Origin: Candidatus Multivoradales bacterium
GTDB lineage: Bacteria; Acidobacteriota; Thermoanaerobaculia; Multivoradales; J023
Direction: 5' to 3'
Assembly: GCA_965248925.1 (NCBI GenBank)
Contig: CBDFLE010000006.1
Location: 5,056,001-5,120,000 of the forward strand
Length of the DNA: 64,000 bases
Part shown: piece after piece, positions 17,285 to 26,206 of the stretch
How positions within the stretch are numbered: the stretch's first letter is position 1
Layout: each line of letters begins with the position of its first letter
The notes under the pieces: generated by a model
Databases searched by the model: none
What the model saw: only the letters and a program-made list of their open reading frames with translations
What the model was told of the DNA's origin: nothing
Program-made: the position numbers and the translations under genes

Positions 17285-19757
17285 GACTCAGTGGCTTCTC
17301 GATCTTGCGTCCGGCGTGGGTGATCAACGGCCGGTGAGCTGGGCCGCTGCCGAGGCGCAGTCTCATTCCCAGCAGGACCGCGATGTGGTGCGAGCGCTAG
17401 CTCTGATTGCCCAGATCTCAAGCGCCTGCCAGACACCTCCGAAGCAGACGGGCGATTCGGCGATTGGGATCTCTAGTGGTGAACTGGGTCGCTGGAAAGA
17501 TCTCGAACTACTGGAGAAGGTCGGCGAAGGAGGTTTTGCGCAGGTCTACCGGGCTCACGATCTACAGCTCGACCGGCAAGTGGCGCTGAAGCTCTTACTC
17601 TCGGACCCTGCGGGTTCAAGCACGCTGGACACGGTGCTGCAAGAAGCCCGTTTGCTGGCCAAAATTAGACATCCGAACATCGCCAATGTCTTCGGTGCGG
17701 CAGAATCCGAGGGTCGGGTCGGATTCTGGATGGAGTTTGTTCGTGGCCAGTCACTGGCGGTCTTGCTCAGCGAGCAAGGACCCTTGAGCGCCCGGGAGAC
17801 AGCTTTGATCGGCATCGATCTCTGCGGCGCGCTGGCGGCGGTACATGGCCAGGGCATCGTCCATCGTGATGTGAAAGCGGACAATGTGATGCGCGAGGAG
17901 GGGGGGCGGATTCTGTTGGTGGACTTCGGCATCGGCCGAGATCTGGAGCAGGAAGAACACCCTGGCTCCCTCTCCGGCACGCCGCTCTACCTGGCTCCTG
18001 AGATTCTGGCCGGTGGCCCTGCGACTGCGAGTTCGGATATCTACAGTCTTGGGGTCTTGCTGTTCCAGCTGGTGAGCAGCCGGTTCCCGGTCGAAGGTGA
18101 TGATCTCGCGGGCATTTGCGACCGTCACCGGAAAGGTCGCAGACAGCGCCTCCGCGACCTCCGCCCCGATCTGCCTCTCGGCTTCGAAACCGCGGTCGAT
18201 GGTGCTCTAGCGGCCGACCCTGCTGAGCGTTTCGAGACCGCTGGCCAACTACAAGAGGCTTTGGGACGGACCCTGGAGCTAACTCCGGCTGCTGCTTCGG
18301 CGGTTGTACGGAAGCCCACAAGAGATCTTCTAGTCCGCTGGGTTTATGCTGTCGCCTGCTTGATCTTGCTCCTGCTAACAACCTGGACTTTTTGCGCTGT
18401 CCGCTACCGGGCGTCACCGTTGGCGGTGATGAACTATCTCCGGGCTGAGACTGCCTATCGCCAGGATTCTATCGAGCGCTCGCTGCGGTTGATGGACAGA
18501 AGTCTCGAGTCAAGTCCTCGGTTTGTCCGAGCGCAGCTCAAACGGAGTGTCTATCTGACCGCCCTCGGTCGGCATGTCGAGGCTCGGCAGGGAGCCCGCC
18601 AGGCCTACGATTTGCGACAGTATGCAGGCCCGCGAACAGCCTCCATGGTCGAGCACAACTTCTTTGTCCTGCAGCTCGATTTCCAGCAAGCGATCGACAG
18701 TTTGCTCGAGTTGCCGGCCAACCACGACGATCCATTCGCCCAACGCCAGCTGGCTACCCAATACAGCAAGGCTGGCAAGTTGCCGGATGCGCGGCGGGCG
18801 ATCGAGCGGGCGATTCAACTGGATCCCGAGGACTTCAAGAATCTTGGCCTCAAGCTCATCCTCTTGGTGGAGGACGGGGAGCCTGAGTTGGCAGTGGATC
18901 TCTTCGAACAGCATCGACAGCGAATCTCACAGCAGGCCGGGGGCTTCTATCTCTACTGGGGTGCTGGCCTTGCCCAATTGCATCGCGGTCAGAGTGCTGC
19001 CGCGGAGCAGCTCTTCAACCTGATGAAGGCAGGTGGTGGCCCCTACGCCGAGAATGCCCAGTCGCTCCAGGCGCGGCGGTTGATGCTCGACGGGAAGCTC
19101 GAGGAAGTCCTCGATTTCCTCGATCGCAACGCGGCAGGGATTCCGCCAGACATTGTTCATGTCGACCGCAGTACCGAGGCCCTGTGGCGGGCCTGGATCC
19201 ACTTCCTCCTAGGCGACCCCCAGGAGGCGGCCGGCGCTCTAGAGGAGATGCTCTCGGGGCTGGATCGGGCCGCCCCTATTCATGCGCGGAAAATTCGCGA
19301 TGCGGCCTTCCTCTTCTTGCATATCGGGGATCGCGATGCGGCCGAGGAATTGCGCCAAGTGCTTGAGAGTCTGCCGAGTGAGAGTATCCTGATCCAGGCC
19401 TTTCAGGACCAAATCGAGGGACTCCTGGCGGCGGGTGCGGGGGAGCACCAGAGAGCGACAGACCTGCTGCGCAGCGCGCGCAAGCTTCACCGGGACGGGT
19501 TGATTTTGTGGTCCTTGGGGCGGCACTACGAGGTCCAAGGTGAATTCACCAAAGCAGCACCGGTTTTTCAGGAATTGGTCGATATGAAGGGGCGTTTATT
19601 GCGCCACAACGAATTTATCGGCCTGTGGCCGTTGGCCAACCTTCGCCTGGCCCGTTGTCAGCGTGAACTCGGCCGCGAGGCCTCGGCGGCGGCCAGTTAC
19701 CGGGCATTCCTACAGTCTTGGGGTAGCCTGTCGTTGCCCGCCGATTGGGTTTCTTGA
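17277..19757 (+). CDS. Membrane Ser/Thr protein kinase with C-terminal TPR-like sensor
   Basis: GEGGFAQV, VALK, HRDVKADN, DFG, GTPLYLAPE; TM helix VYAVACLILLLL; helical repeats. Confidence 0.9.
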   Translation: MAETQWLLDLASGVGDQRPVSWAAAEAQSHSQQDRDVVRALALIAQISSACQTPPKQTGDSAIGISSGELGRWKDLELLEKVGEGGFAQVYRAHDLQLDRQVALKLLLSDPAGSSTLDTVLQEARLLAKIRHPNIANVFGAAESEGRVGFWMEFVRGQSLAVLLSEQGPLSARETALIGIDLCGALAAVHGQGIVHRDVKADNVMREEGGRILLVDFGIGRDLEQEEHPGSLSGTPLYLAPEILAGGPATASSDIYSLGVLLFQLVSSRFPVEGDDLAGICDRHRKGRRQRLRDLRPDLPLGFETAVDGALAADPAERFETAGQLQEALGRTLELTPAAASAVVRKPTRDLLVRWVYAVACLILLLLTTWTFCAVRYRASPLAVMNYLRAETAYRQDSIERSLRLMDRSLESSPRFVRAQLKRSVYLTALGRHVEARQGARQAYDLRQYAGPRTASMVEHNFFVLQLDFQQAIDSLLELPANHDDPFAQRQLATQYSKAGKLPDARRAIERAIQLDPEDFKNLGLKLILLVEDGEPELAVDLFEQHRQRISQQAGGFYLYWGAGLAQLHRGQSAAAEQLFNLMKAGGGPYAENAQSLQARRLMLDGKLEEVLDFLDRNAAGIPPDIVHVDRSTEALWRAWIHFLLGDPQEAAGALEEMLSGLDRAAPIHARKIRDAAFLFLHIGDRDAAEELRQVLESLPSESILIQAFQDQIEGLLAAGAGEHQRATDLLRSARKLHRDGLILWSLGRHYEVQGEFTKAAPVFQELVDMKGRLLRHNEFIGLWPLANLRLARCQRELGREASAAASYRAFLQSWGSLSLPADWVS

Positions 19758-20003
19758 GATTCGAGGTGGAAAAACGCTCATGGGTCCGTCTATGAGAGCG
19801 AACGAAGTGCCAAGCCGCTAGTCAGTGGCGCGGCATCACAACTTATTCCTGGGGCTAGGGACTAGTCTGAGCCTTGCGGGACCAGCAAGCTTGGCGTTGC
19901 GGGGACTCTGAGAGGTTTGATGCAGGCACGCTGTGAAAGCATGTCGCTCATTGCGAGGCTCGCGGCTGGTCACCGGCTACCACGGCGAAAAAGGAGACTG
20001 ATA

Positions 20004-20795
20004 ATGGCGATAGAAACCAGCGGGGGAATCTGGACCGCAGTGGGGCGGCTCTGTATTGATGACGATTTTGCGGCAACTCTGTTCGGAGTCACCAATAGCA
20101 TAAGTCAGCCAAGACCCACGACAGCGGACAGTGAGAGTCTTAACCGACTGCTGAATGAGGATCTTGGGTTTGCGATCGATTTGGATTCTTCCGTCTATTT
20201 TCATATCCTGGTATGGAAGTTGAGGAATTTTCTTGGCAGTACAATCGAGAAGGTGCAGCAACGGTATGCCTTGGCTCTTGGTTCGAACCGGTTGTCGGAC
20301 GTGGTGCGGTCGAGCAATTTCTACGCTGCTGTCGGGCTAGCGTGCATCGACGGAATCTATCGCGATGAGTTGGAAAAAGGTGCTGCCACTCGTGCTGCGT
20401 TCGAAGCGGCGCTTGCTAAGTCTCCCGGTTTTTTGCCTGAAACCCTCGAATTGCCTGTTCTACACGCCTTGTTTGTGGATGCTGGATTCCGTGACGCGAT
20501 TCAAGAGACACACGACAAGGGATGGAGGGATCCGGAAATTCCGAAGTCAGCTTGGCCGAAAAAATGTAAGCAAGCCCTGCGCTTTTCGAGTGAGTACATC
20601 TATATCGACACACCGATGGTGATCAACATGGTCCATTCGCTCTATTTGAGCCTCAATAGTTCTACCGATCCTGACCCGGCGGCGATGCGCGAAAAACTGG
20701 TGGCGATTCACTCCGCCGCTGAGATTCTAGAGGACCCCAAGGAGCAAGTGCGGGTCTTGGCCGAGGCGGTAGGGTTCGATCCCACCGAGCTCTAG
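20004..20795 (+). CDS. Hypothetical protein with internal repeats
   Basis: AAGGAG RBS before the ATG at 20004; repeated AVG(R/L)(L/A)CID..(F/Y) motif. Confidence 0.65.
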   Translation: MAIETSGGIWTAVGRLCIDDDFAATLFGVTNSISQPRPTTADSESLNRLLNEDLGFAIDLDSSVYFHILVWKLRNFLGSTIEKVQQRYALALGSNRLSDVVRSSNFYAAVGLACIDGIYRDELEKGAATRAAFEAALAKSPGFLPETLELPVLHALFVDAGFRDAIQETHDKGWRDPEIPKSAWPKKCKQALRFSSEYIYIDTPMVINMVHSLYLSLNSSTDPDPAAMREKLVAIHSAAEILEDPKEQVRVLAEAVGFDPTEL

Positions 20796-22292
20796 CAGCC
20801 CGTGGTGAAAGTCCCGATTACGGCCGTCTTGGCGATCTTCCCTGGTAGAATCTTTCCACCCGAGGGAGGTAGCGACCATGGCGATGGGCAGGCGAAGCAA
20901 ACGAAGACAGCGGCAGCTCTGGGTGGAAACCCAGGCGCTGGCCAAGTCCCCAGGACATCCTTTCTACGAGCGTCTGTCCAAGATTCTCGACAAGCACGGT
21001 TTCGATCGCTTTATCGAGGAGCAGTGCGCGAGGTTTTACGCTACGAGGATGGGACGGCCTTCGCTGGCGCCCGCGGTGTATTTTCGGTTGCTGTTGATCG
21101 GCTTCTTCGAGGGTATCGACTCTGAGCGAGGTATCGCATGGCGGCTTGCGGATTCGATGACTCTGCGCGACTTTCTGGGCTTCGAACTCTCGGACCAGAC
21201 CCCGGACCATTCGACGCTCTCTCGGACCCGTCGCCTGATCGATCTCGAGACCCATGAGGCGGTGTTTGCTTGGGCTTTGCAAGTACTGGCGAAGGCTGGC
21301 TTGCTCCGGGGAAAGACGCTGGGCATCGATGCGACGACCCTCGAGGCGAACGCGGCGATGCGCAGCATCGTGCGTCGAGACTCGGGCGAGAGCTACGAAG
21401 AGTTTCTCACGCGCCTGGCCGAGGCTTCGGGTGTGGAGACCCCGACGCGAGCGGATCTGGCGCGTTTTGACCGCCAAAGGAAGAACAAAAAGACGTCGAA
21501 CGGCGACTGGAAGAACCCCCACGATCCCGACGCCAAAGTCACGCGAATGAAGGATGGGCGGACGCATCTGGCGCACAAAGCCGAGCATGCGGTGGATATG
21601 GAGACGGGTGCGGTTGTGGCGGTGACGGTGCAACCTGCAGACCGAGGGGACACGTCGAGCCTAGAGCGGACGTTGGATGAAGTCGCTGCGGTGCTGGAAG
21701 ATGTCGTTGAGGATTCGGAGGCTGGCGATCACTTGAGCGAGAAAGTCCGTTCAGAGCTGGTGGCTGACAAGGGCTATCACAGTAACGCGGTCATGAAGGC
21801 ACAGCGTCAAGGGAAGATTCGAACCTATATTTCGGAACCGGATCGAGGCCGACGCAACTGGTGCGGCAAAGAGGCGGAGAAGCAAGCGGTGTATGCCAAC
21901 CGTCGACGGATCAAGGGTCGTCGAGGCCGCGAGCTGTCGCGGCGTCGAGGAGAGAAAGTAGAACGCACCTTTGCCCATTGCTACGAGACTGGCGGTATGA
22001 GAAGGACCCACCTTCGAGGTCACGACAACATCCGCAAAAGGTTGCTGATTCACATCGCGGGATTCAATCTTGGGCTGCTGCTTCGTCAAATGTATGGAGC
22101 CGGCACTCCACGGGCCCTTCAGGGCTTTCTTTCGGCTCTCGAACAGGGCTTTCGCGCCGTATATAGCTTGCTGAGCTGGCTTCTGCCGCACGAGAGCGGA
22201 TATTGGCCACTAAGATCTTCGATCAGACCACCTGCGCCGGCTGGCCTCAATTTAGGCCACATTTTGTAGAAACGGACTTCTGCCACGGGCTG
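20796..22292 (+). mobile_element. IS1182-like insertion sequence (IS5-related), 1497 bp
   Basis: Terminal IRs CAGCCCGTGG(TGA/CAG)AAGTCC (19 bp, 3 mismatches); CTAG on both flanks (20792-20795, 22293-22296). Confidence 0.85.
20878..22269 (+). CDS. DDE transposase (DUF772/IS1182-like)
   Basis: GRPS, TPDHSTLSR, IDAT, DPDAK, ADKGY, VER.FA motifs; GGAGG RBS. Confidence 0.9.
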   Translation: MAMGRRSKRRQRQLWVETQALAKSPGHPFYERLSKILDKHGFDRFIEEQCARFYATRMGRPSLAPAVYFRLLLIGFFEGIDSERGIAWRLADSMTLRDFLGFELSDQTPDHSTLSRTRRLIDLETHEAVFAWALQVLAKAGLLRGKTLGIDATTLEANAAMRSIVRRDSGESYEEFLTRLAEASGVETPTRADLARFDRQRKNKKTSNGDWKNPHDPDAKVTRMKDGRTHLAHKAEHAVDMETGAVVAVTVQPADRGDTSSLERTLDEVAAVLEDVVEDSEAGDHLSEKVRSELVADKGYHSNAVMKAQRQGKIRTYISEPDRGRRNWCGKEAEKQAVYANRRRIKGRRGRELSRRRGEKVERTFAHCYETGGMRRTHLRGHDNIRKRLLIHIAGFNLGLLLRQMYGAGTPRALQGFLSALEQGFRAVYSLLSWLLPHESGYWPLRSSIRPPAPAGLNLGHIL

Positions 22293-22645
22293 CTAGTAGG
22301 TTGGGCCTGCCATGCGGTGCTGGTTGTAATTACTATCCTTGGCGCATGGCAGATCCCATCACCTCGCAGACCTTCTCTAACTACCTCTGATCCTGCTGCT
22401 CGATGCGGCTCGCTGGCTGCTCGACGAGCGGCTGTTCTCGGCCCCCGGCAACCCGTGCTACGCCGGCCAGTGAATTCAGCATGTTCCTCGTCTTGGCCGT
22501 GCAGTTGGGCCGTCTCCGACCTCGGAGCTGGTTGGCGGGCAGCCCGGCGCTGGCGACCTGCTGCAATTCTCTGCGCTGCTATGCTGCGGACTTTCTTACG
22601 CACTCGTCGTTGCCAGATCTTCTCGCCATTAGCCAGGAGCCAGAT

Positions 22646-24004
22646 ATGCCGAAAGCCTCCGCCGTGGCCTTGTTGGGTTGTCTCTTATCGTTGGTAGCCG
22701 TCCGCTTGCCGGCCGAGCCAGCCCAAGGGAGGGTGATTAATGGCCCCGCCGCGGTGCTCGATCAGCGCCAGCGTCCCGCCCAGATCAACCGCTTGCTACG
22801 CGATCGGCTCGATCACTTGCTGCCGCGGTTGATGCGCCAGGCAGGGATCGACTTGTGGCTGGTGATCAACCGCGAATATGCTGAAGATCCGGTGTATTTC
22901 ACCTTGGTGCCGGAGCCGGTGTTCGCCGCTCGCCGCACCACCATGCTGGTGTTTCATGACCGTGGCGTTGAGCGGGGCGTCGAGCGCCTGACGGTCAGCC
23001 GCTATCCGCTGGCGGACTTCTACGACAAGGTCTGGGAGGGTGGTGATTTGGAGCAGCAGTGGCAACGCCTCGGCGAGCTGTTGAGCGAGCGCCAGCCGCG
23101 TCGGATCGGTATTGATGTTAGCCGCCATTGGCCGGTGGCCGATGGCCTCACAGCTAGCTTGCGAGATCGCCTGCTCGAGGTACTGCCCGAGGGTTTCGAA
23201 GATCGCTTGGTGAGTGCCGAAGAGCTGGTGATCCGCTGGACCGAAACCCGCAGCGAGCTCGAGCTGGAGATCTATCCGCAGATCGTGGCGATCGCTCGCG
23301 GGGCGGTCGCCGAGGCTTTTTCCGCGCGGGTGATCACCGCCGGCGTGACCACCACCGACGACGTGGCCTGGTACATCCGCCGCCGCTTCGACGAGCTCGA
23401 TCTGCCGATCTGGTTCATGCCCGATGTCAATGTTCAGCGCGCCGGCGAGCAGTGCGCAAAAGAGAGCGATTTCTGTGGCGAGGAGGGTCTGATTGGTCGC
23501 GGCGATGTGCTTCACACTGATGTCGGTATCTGCTATCTGCGCCTGTGCACCGACACCCAGGAGATGGGCTATGTTCTGCGCCTCGGCGAATCCACGGTGC
23601 CGGCCGGACTGCGGCACGCTCTAGCCACCGGCAATCGCTGGCAAGATCTCTTCACCGCCGAGTTCGTCAGCGGACGCAGCGGCAACCAAATCCTTGCCGC
23701 GGCCCGAGCCGCCACTACCGCCGCAGGTATCAACCACCGCATCTACACCCATCCGCTGGGCAACTTCGGCCACGCGCCGGGCCCCACTATCGGCATGTGG
23801 GACAACCAAGGGCCGACCCCGGTGCGCGGAGATTGGCCGCTTTACGCCAACACGGTTTACGCCATCGAGGGCAACGTCAAAGCCGAAGTGCCCGAGTGGG
23901 ACGGCCAGCTGGTGCAGATCAAACTCGAACAGGACGCGGTCTTCGACGGTCGGCGGGTGATCTATTTGGCCGGTCGCCAAACCCGTTGGCATCTGGTGCG
24001 CTGA
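22646..24004 (+). CDS. Secreted M24-family metallopeptidase (Xaa-Pro aminopeptidase-like)
   Basis: AGGAG RBS before the ATG at 22646; signal peptide; metal ligands HTDVG, TDTQ, THPLGNFGH, YAIE, LEQD. Confidence 0.85.
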   Translation: MPKASAVALLGCLLSLVAVRLPAEPAQGRVINGPAAVLDQRQRPAQINRLLRDRLDHLLPRLMRQAGIDLWLVINREYAEDPVYFTLVPEPVFAARRTTMLVFHDRGVERGVERLTVSRYPLADFYDKVWEGGDLEQQWQRLGELLSERQPRRIGIDVSRHWPVADGLTASLRDRLLEVLPEGFEDRLVSAEELVIRWTETRSELELEIYPQIVAIARGAVAEAFSARVITAGVTTTDDVAWYIRRRFDELDLPIWFMPDVNVQRAGEQCAKESDFCGEEGLIGRGDVLHTDVGICYLRLCTDTQEMGYVLRLGESTVPAGLRHALATGNRWQDLFTAEFVSGRSGNQILAAARAATTAAGINHRIYTHPLGNFGHAPGPTIGMWDNQGPTPVRGDWPLYANTVYAIEGNVKAEVPEWDGQLVQIKLEQDAVFDGRRVIYLAGRQTRWHLVR

Positions 24005-24190
24005 AGCGGCTAGCTGCTCCAGTCTTCAAGCTGTGAGCTTCTGACGCGCCTCACCTAATTCGGACTTCGACTGGCAACACAACCCCGATAGCGGCAGGTG
24101 CCGCCCCAAGAAAGTCCGAGTAAGCGGCACCGGCTGGCTAGCGATCGCAACCTAAGGGACTATCACCGACTGGTAGTCTTGAGGATTGAT

Positions 24191-25463
24191 CACTGCTGTC
24201 CCGTTAACTTCCGACGATTACCAGTTGTCTTTCGTCTAGTCCTGGGATCGGCGGCGGCTCTCGTTTCAAGAGGGCCATGAGGTCGCGGCGCTCAAAGAGG
24301 TTCAATTGAAGGAGGCGCAAGGCCTCCCGTAAACTACTGGAAAGACGGTGCTTGTGCTTGATGAAAGCGAGCAATAGGTAGACGCACATGGCGATCCAAA
24401 GCTGAGTCAGCACGGCGTTGCGGCTGGTGCCGACGAAAGTCTTGATCTTCAGATTCTGCTTGATCCACTTGAAGAAGAGTTCAATTTGCCAACGTTCGTG
24501 GTAGATATCGGCAATGGTCTGAGGTGACAGGCGGAACAGGTTCGTCAAGAAATAGTAGATCTTGCCGGTCTCAGGGTCGCGATAGCCTACTCTCCGCAGA
24601 GGCATCGGGCAGTCACGACACGCCTTCACACCGGTCCATTCGATCGTTTGGTCGCTCATCAAACCCTTGGAACGATTGACTCTTCGACGTTCGGTCACGC
24701 GGTACTTGGCCCCGCGCTTCAGACGGGTCACAAAGAAAAGACCCTTCTCGCTCAGCTGACGAAACCAGCTGTAGCTGTTGTAACCACGATCACAAGCTAC
24801 GATGCTTCCTCGTGGCAGCGTCAGGCTCTTGCAGCCCGCGATGTCACCTGTTTTTCCATCCGAGATCGCAACGAAGGCAGGCAAGTAGCCACCGTGATCC
24901 AACCCCACATGCAGCTTGATCGCTCCCTTGGTCGTACGAAACTTCGCCCATGGGAATATCGACAGACAGAGGTCTATCACCGAGGCGTCAAGCGAGAACA
25001 AGCGGTTCTTGAACCGGAACGTATGCTTGGGCGCCACTGCCTGAGCATGCCCCAGAAGTCTCCCAAATAGCTCTTCAAAAAGGAGATAGGGCTTCTCTTC
25101 GTTGATCCGTGCCAAGTTAGATCGCGACAGGACTCGGCAGCCGAGATGGTAGAGCTTGTGCCGCTGCGCTCGTAGATTGTCAACGATGTCGCGCAAGCTA
25201 GAACGCCCGGACAGCTGGGCCATCATCAGAGCCACCAGCTGCGACCAGCGGCTCGCAGTGCGGAACTGGCGACCGGCGTGGTGGCGTTTTGCGAGGGCCT
25301 CGAATTCATGTCTCGAAATCAGTTGCAGTAGCTGGGCGAAGACGGTGCTATGATGTGCCAAGGCTCAGATCTCCCTTTGATTCAGCCGTTTAGCGATGAC
25401 TGATTCTATCAAGACCAGGGAGGTTTGAGCCTATTTTTCTGCGAAGTTAACGGGACAGCAGTG
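24191..25463 (-). mobile_element. IS4-family insertion sequence, 1273 bp
   Basis: Perfect 21-bp terminal IR CACTGCTGTCCCGTTAACTTC; 9-bp target duplication AGGATTGAT (24182-24190, 25464-25472). Confidence 0.95.
24204..25361 (-). CDS. IS4-family transposase (DUF4372 plus DDE)
   Basis: AQLSGRSSLRDI, LDASVI, KLH, DRGY, and the YREK signature YHERWQIELFFK. Confidence 0.95.
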   Translation of the reverse strand: MAHHSTVFAQLLQLISRHEFEALAKRHHAGRQFRTASRWSQLVALMMAQLSGRSSLRDIVDNLRAQRHKLYHLGCRVLSRSNLARINEEKPYLLFEELFGRLLGHAQAVAPKHTFRFKNRLFSLDASVIDLCLSIFPWAKFRTTKGAIKLHVGLDHGGYLPAFVAISDGKTGDIAGCKSLTLPRGSIVACDRGYNSYSWFRQLSEKGLFFVTRLKRGAKYRVTERRRVNRSKGLMSDQTIEWTGVKACRDCPMPLRRVGYRDPETGKIYYFLTNLFRLSPQTIADIYHERWQIELFFKWIKQNLKIKTFVGTSRNAVLTQLWIAMCVYLLLAFIKHKHRLSSSLREALRLLQLNLFERRDLMALLKREPPPIPGLDERQLVIVGS

Positions 25464-26206
25464 AGGATTGATACACCACACTTGATTGGGCTGGCTGCAA
25501 GTCCGCCAATCCAACAGGGTGGTTGGTTCTGTCTTGACCTCGAATTTCTCGGCGGCGGCACCCTGTGGATGGGTGTAGTTGTTGAAGTTCGACTTCAGCG
25601 TTGGCATCACTTGCAGCCATTCGCTGTAGTCCATGGGGGGGGAATTCATCGCTATATCTCAGCCAGCCATCGGCCGGGCAGCTGGCGATGTATTGGTTGC
25701 GGAGCAGCATCCAATCGCGGAGGTGTTTGAAGTGGTTGGTCGCCGGCCGGGGGGTGCCAATCATGGCTACGGCTTGCTGGTTGTTGAGCAGGGTGCTGTC
25801 GACCACGCGGATGGCGCTGGAGGAGATGCCCTGAACGCCGGTGACATTCCCTTCGAGGTGACATTCGGCGACCCAAGTGCTGGGGTCCACAACCGGGTTG
25901 GCCCACAGCGGCCAGGAATCGTTGGCTTCGAAGTAGATGCCCGCACCTTGGTTGTTGGTGATCGAGCAGCCTTCGATGGCCAATGCCTGATTCTCGTAGT
26001 CGAACCAAAGACCGTTGCCGTAGTTGCCGTCGGCGATGATGTCGACCACATGTCCTTGGGCAAGCTTGCGTACTTGGCACCGGTGGTGGCGTTGCCGATC
26101 ACCCCGGCCTGGCGTCCGCGCCAGTTGTTGCGCGAAAACTCTTCGCCGATTACCGCGAAGTCGCGGGCGCTGCCCAGAGTCCAGAACTCCTGACATACCC
26201 TTTTTC

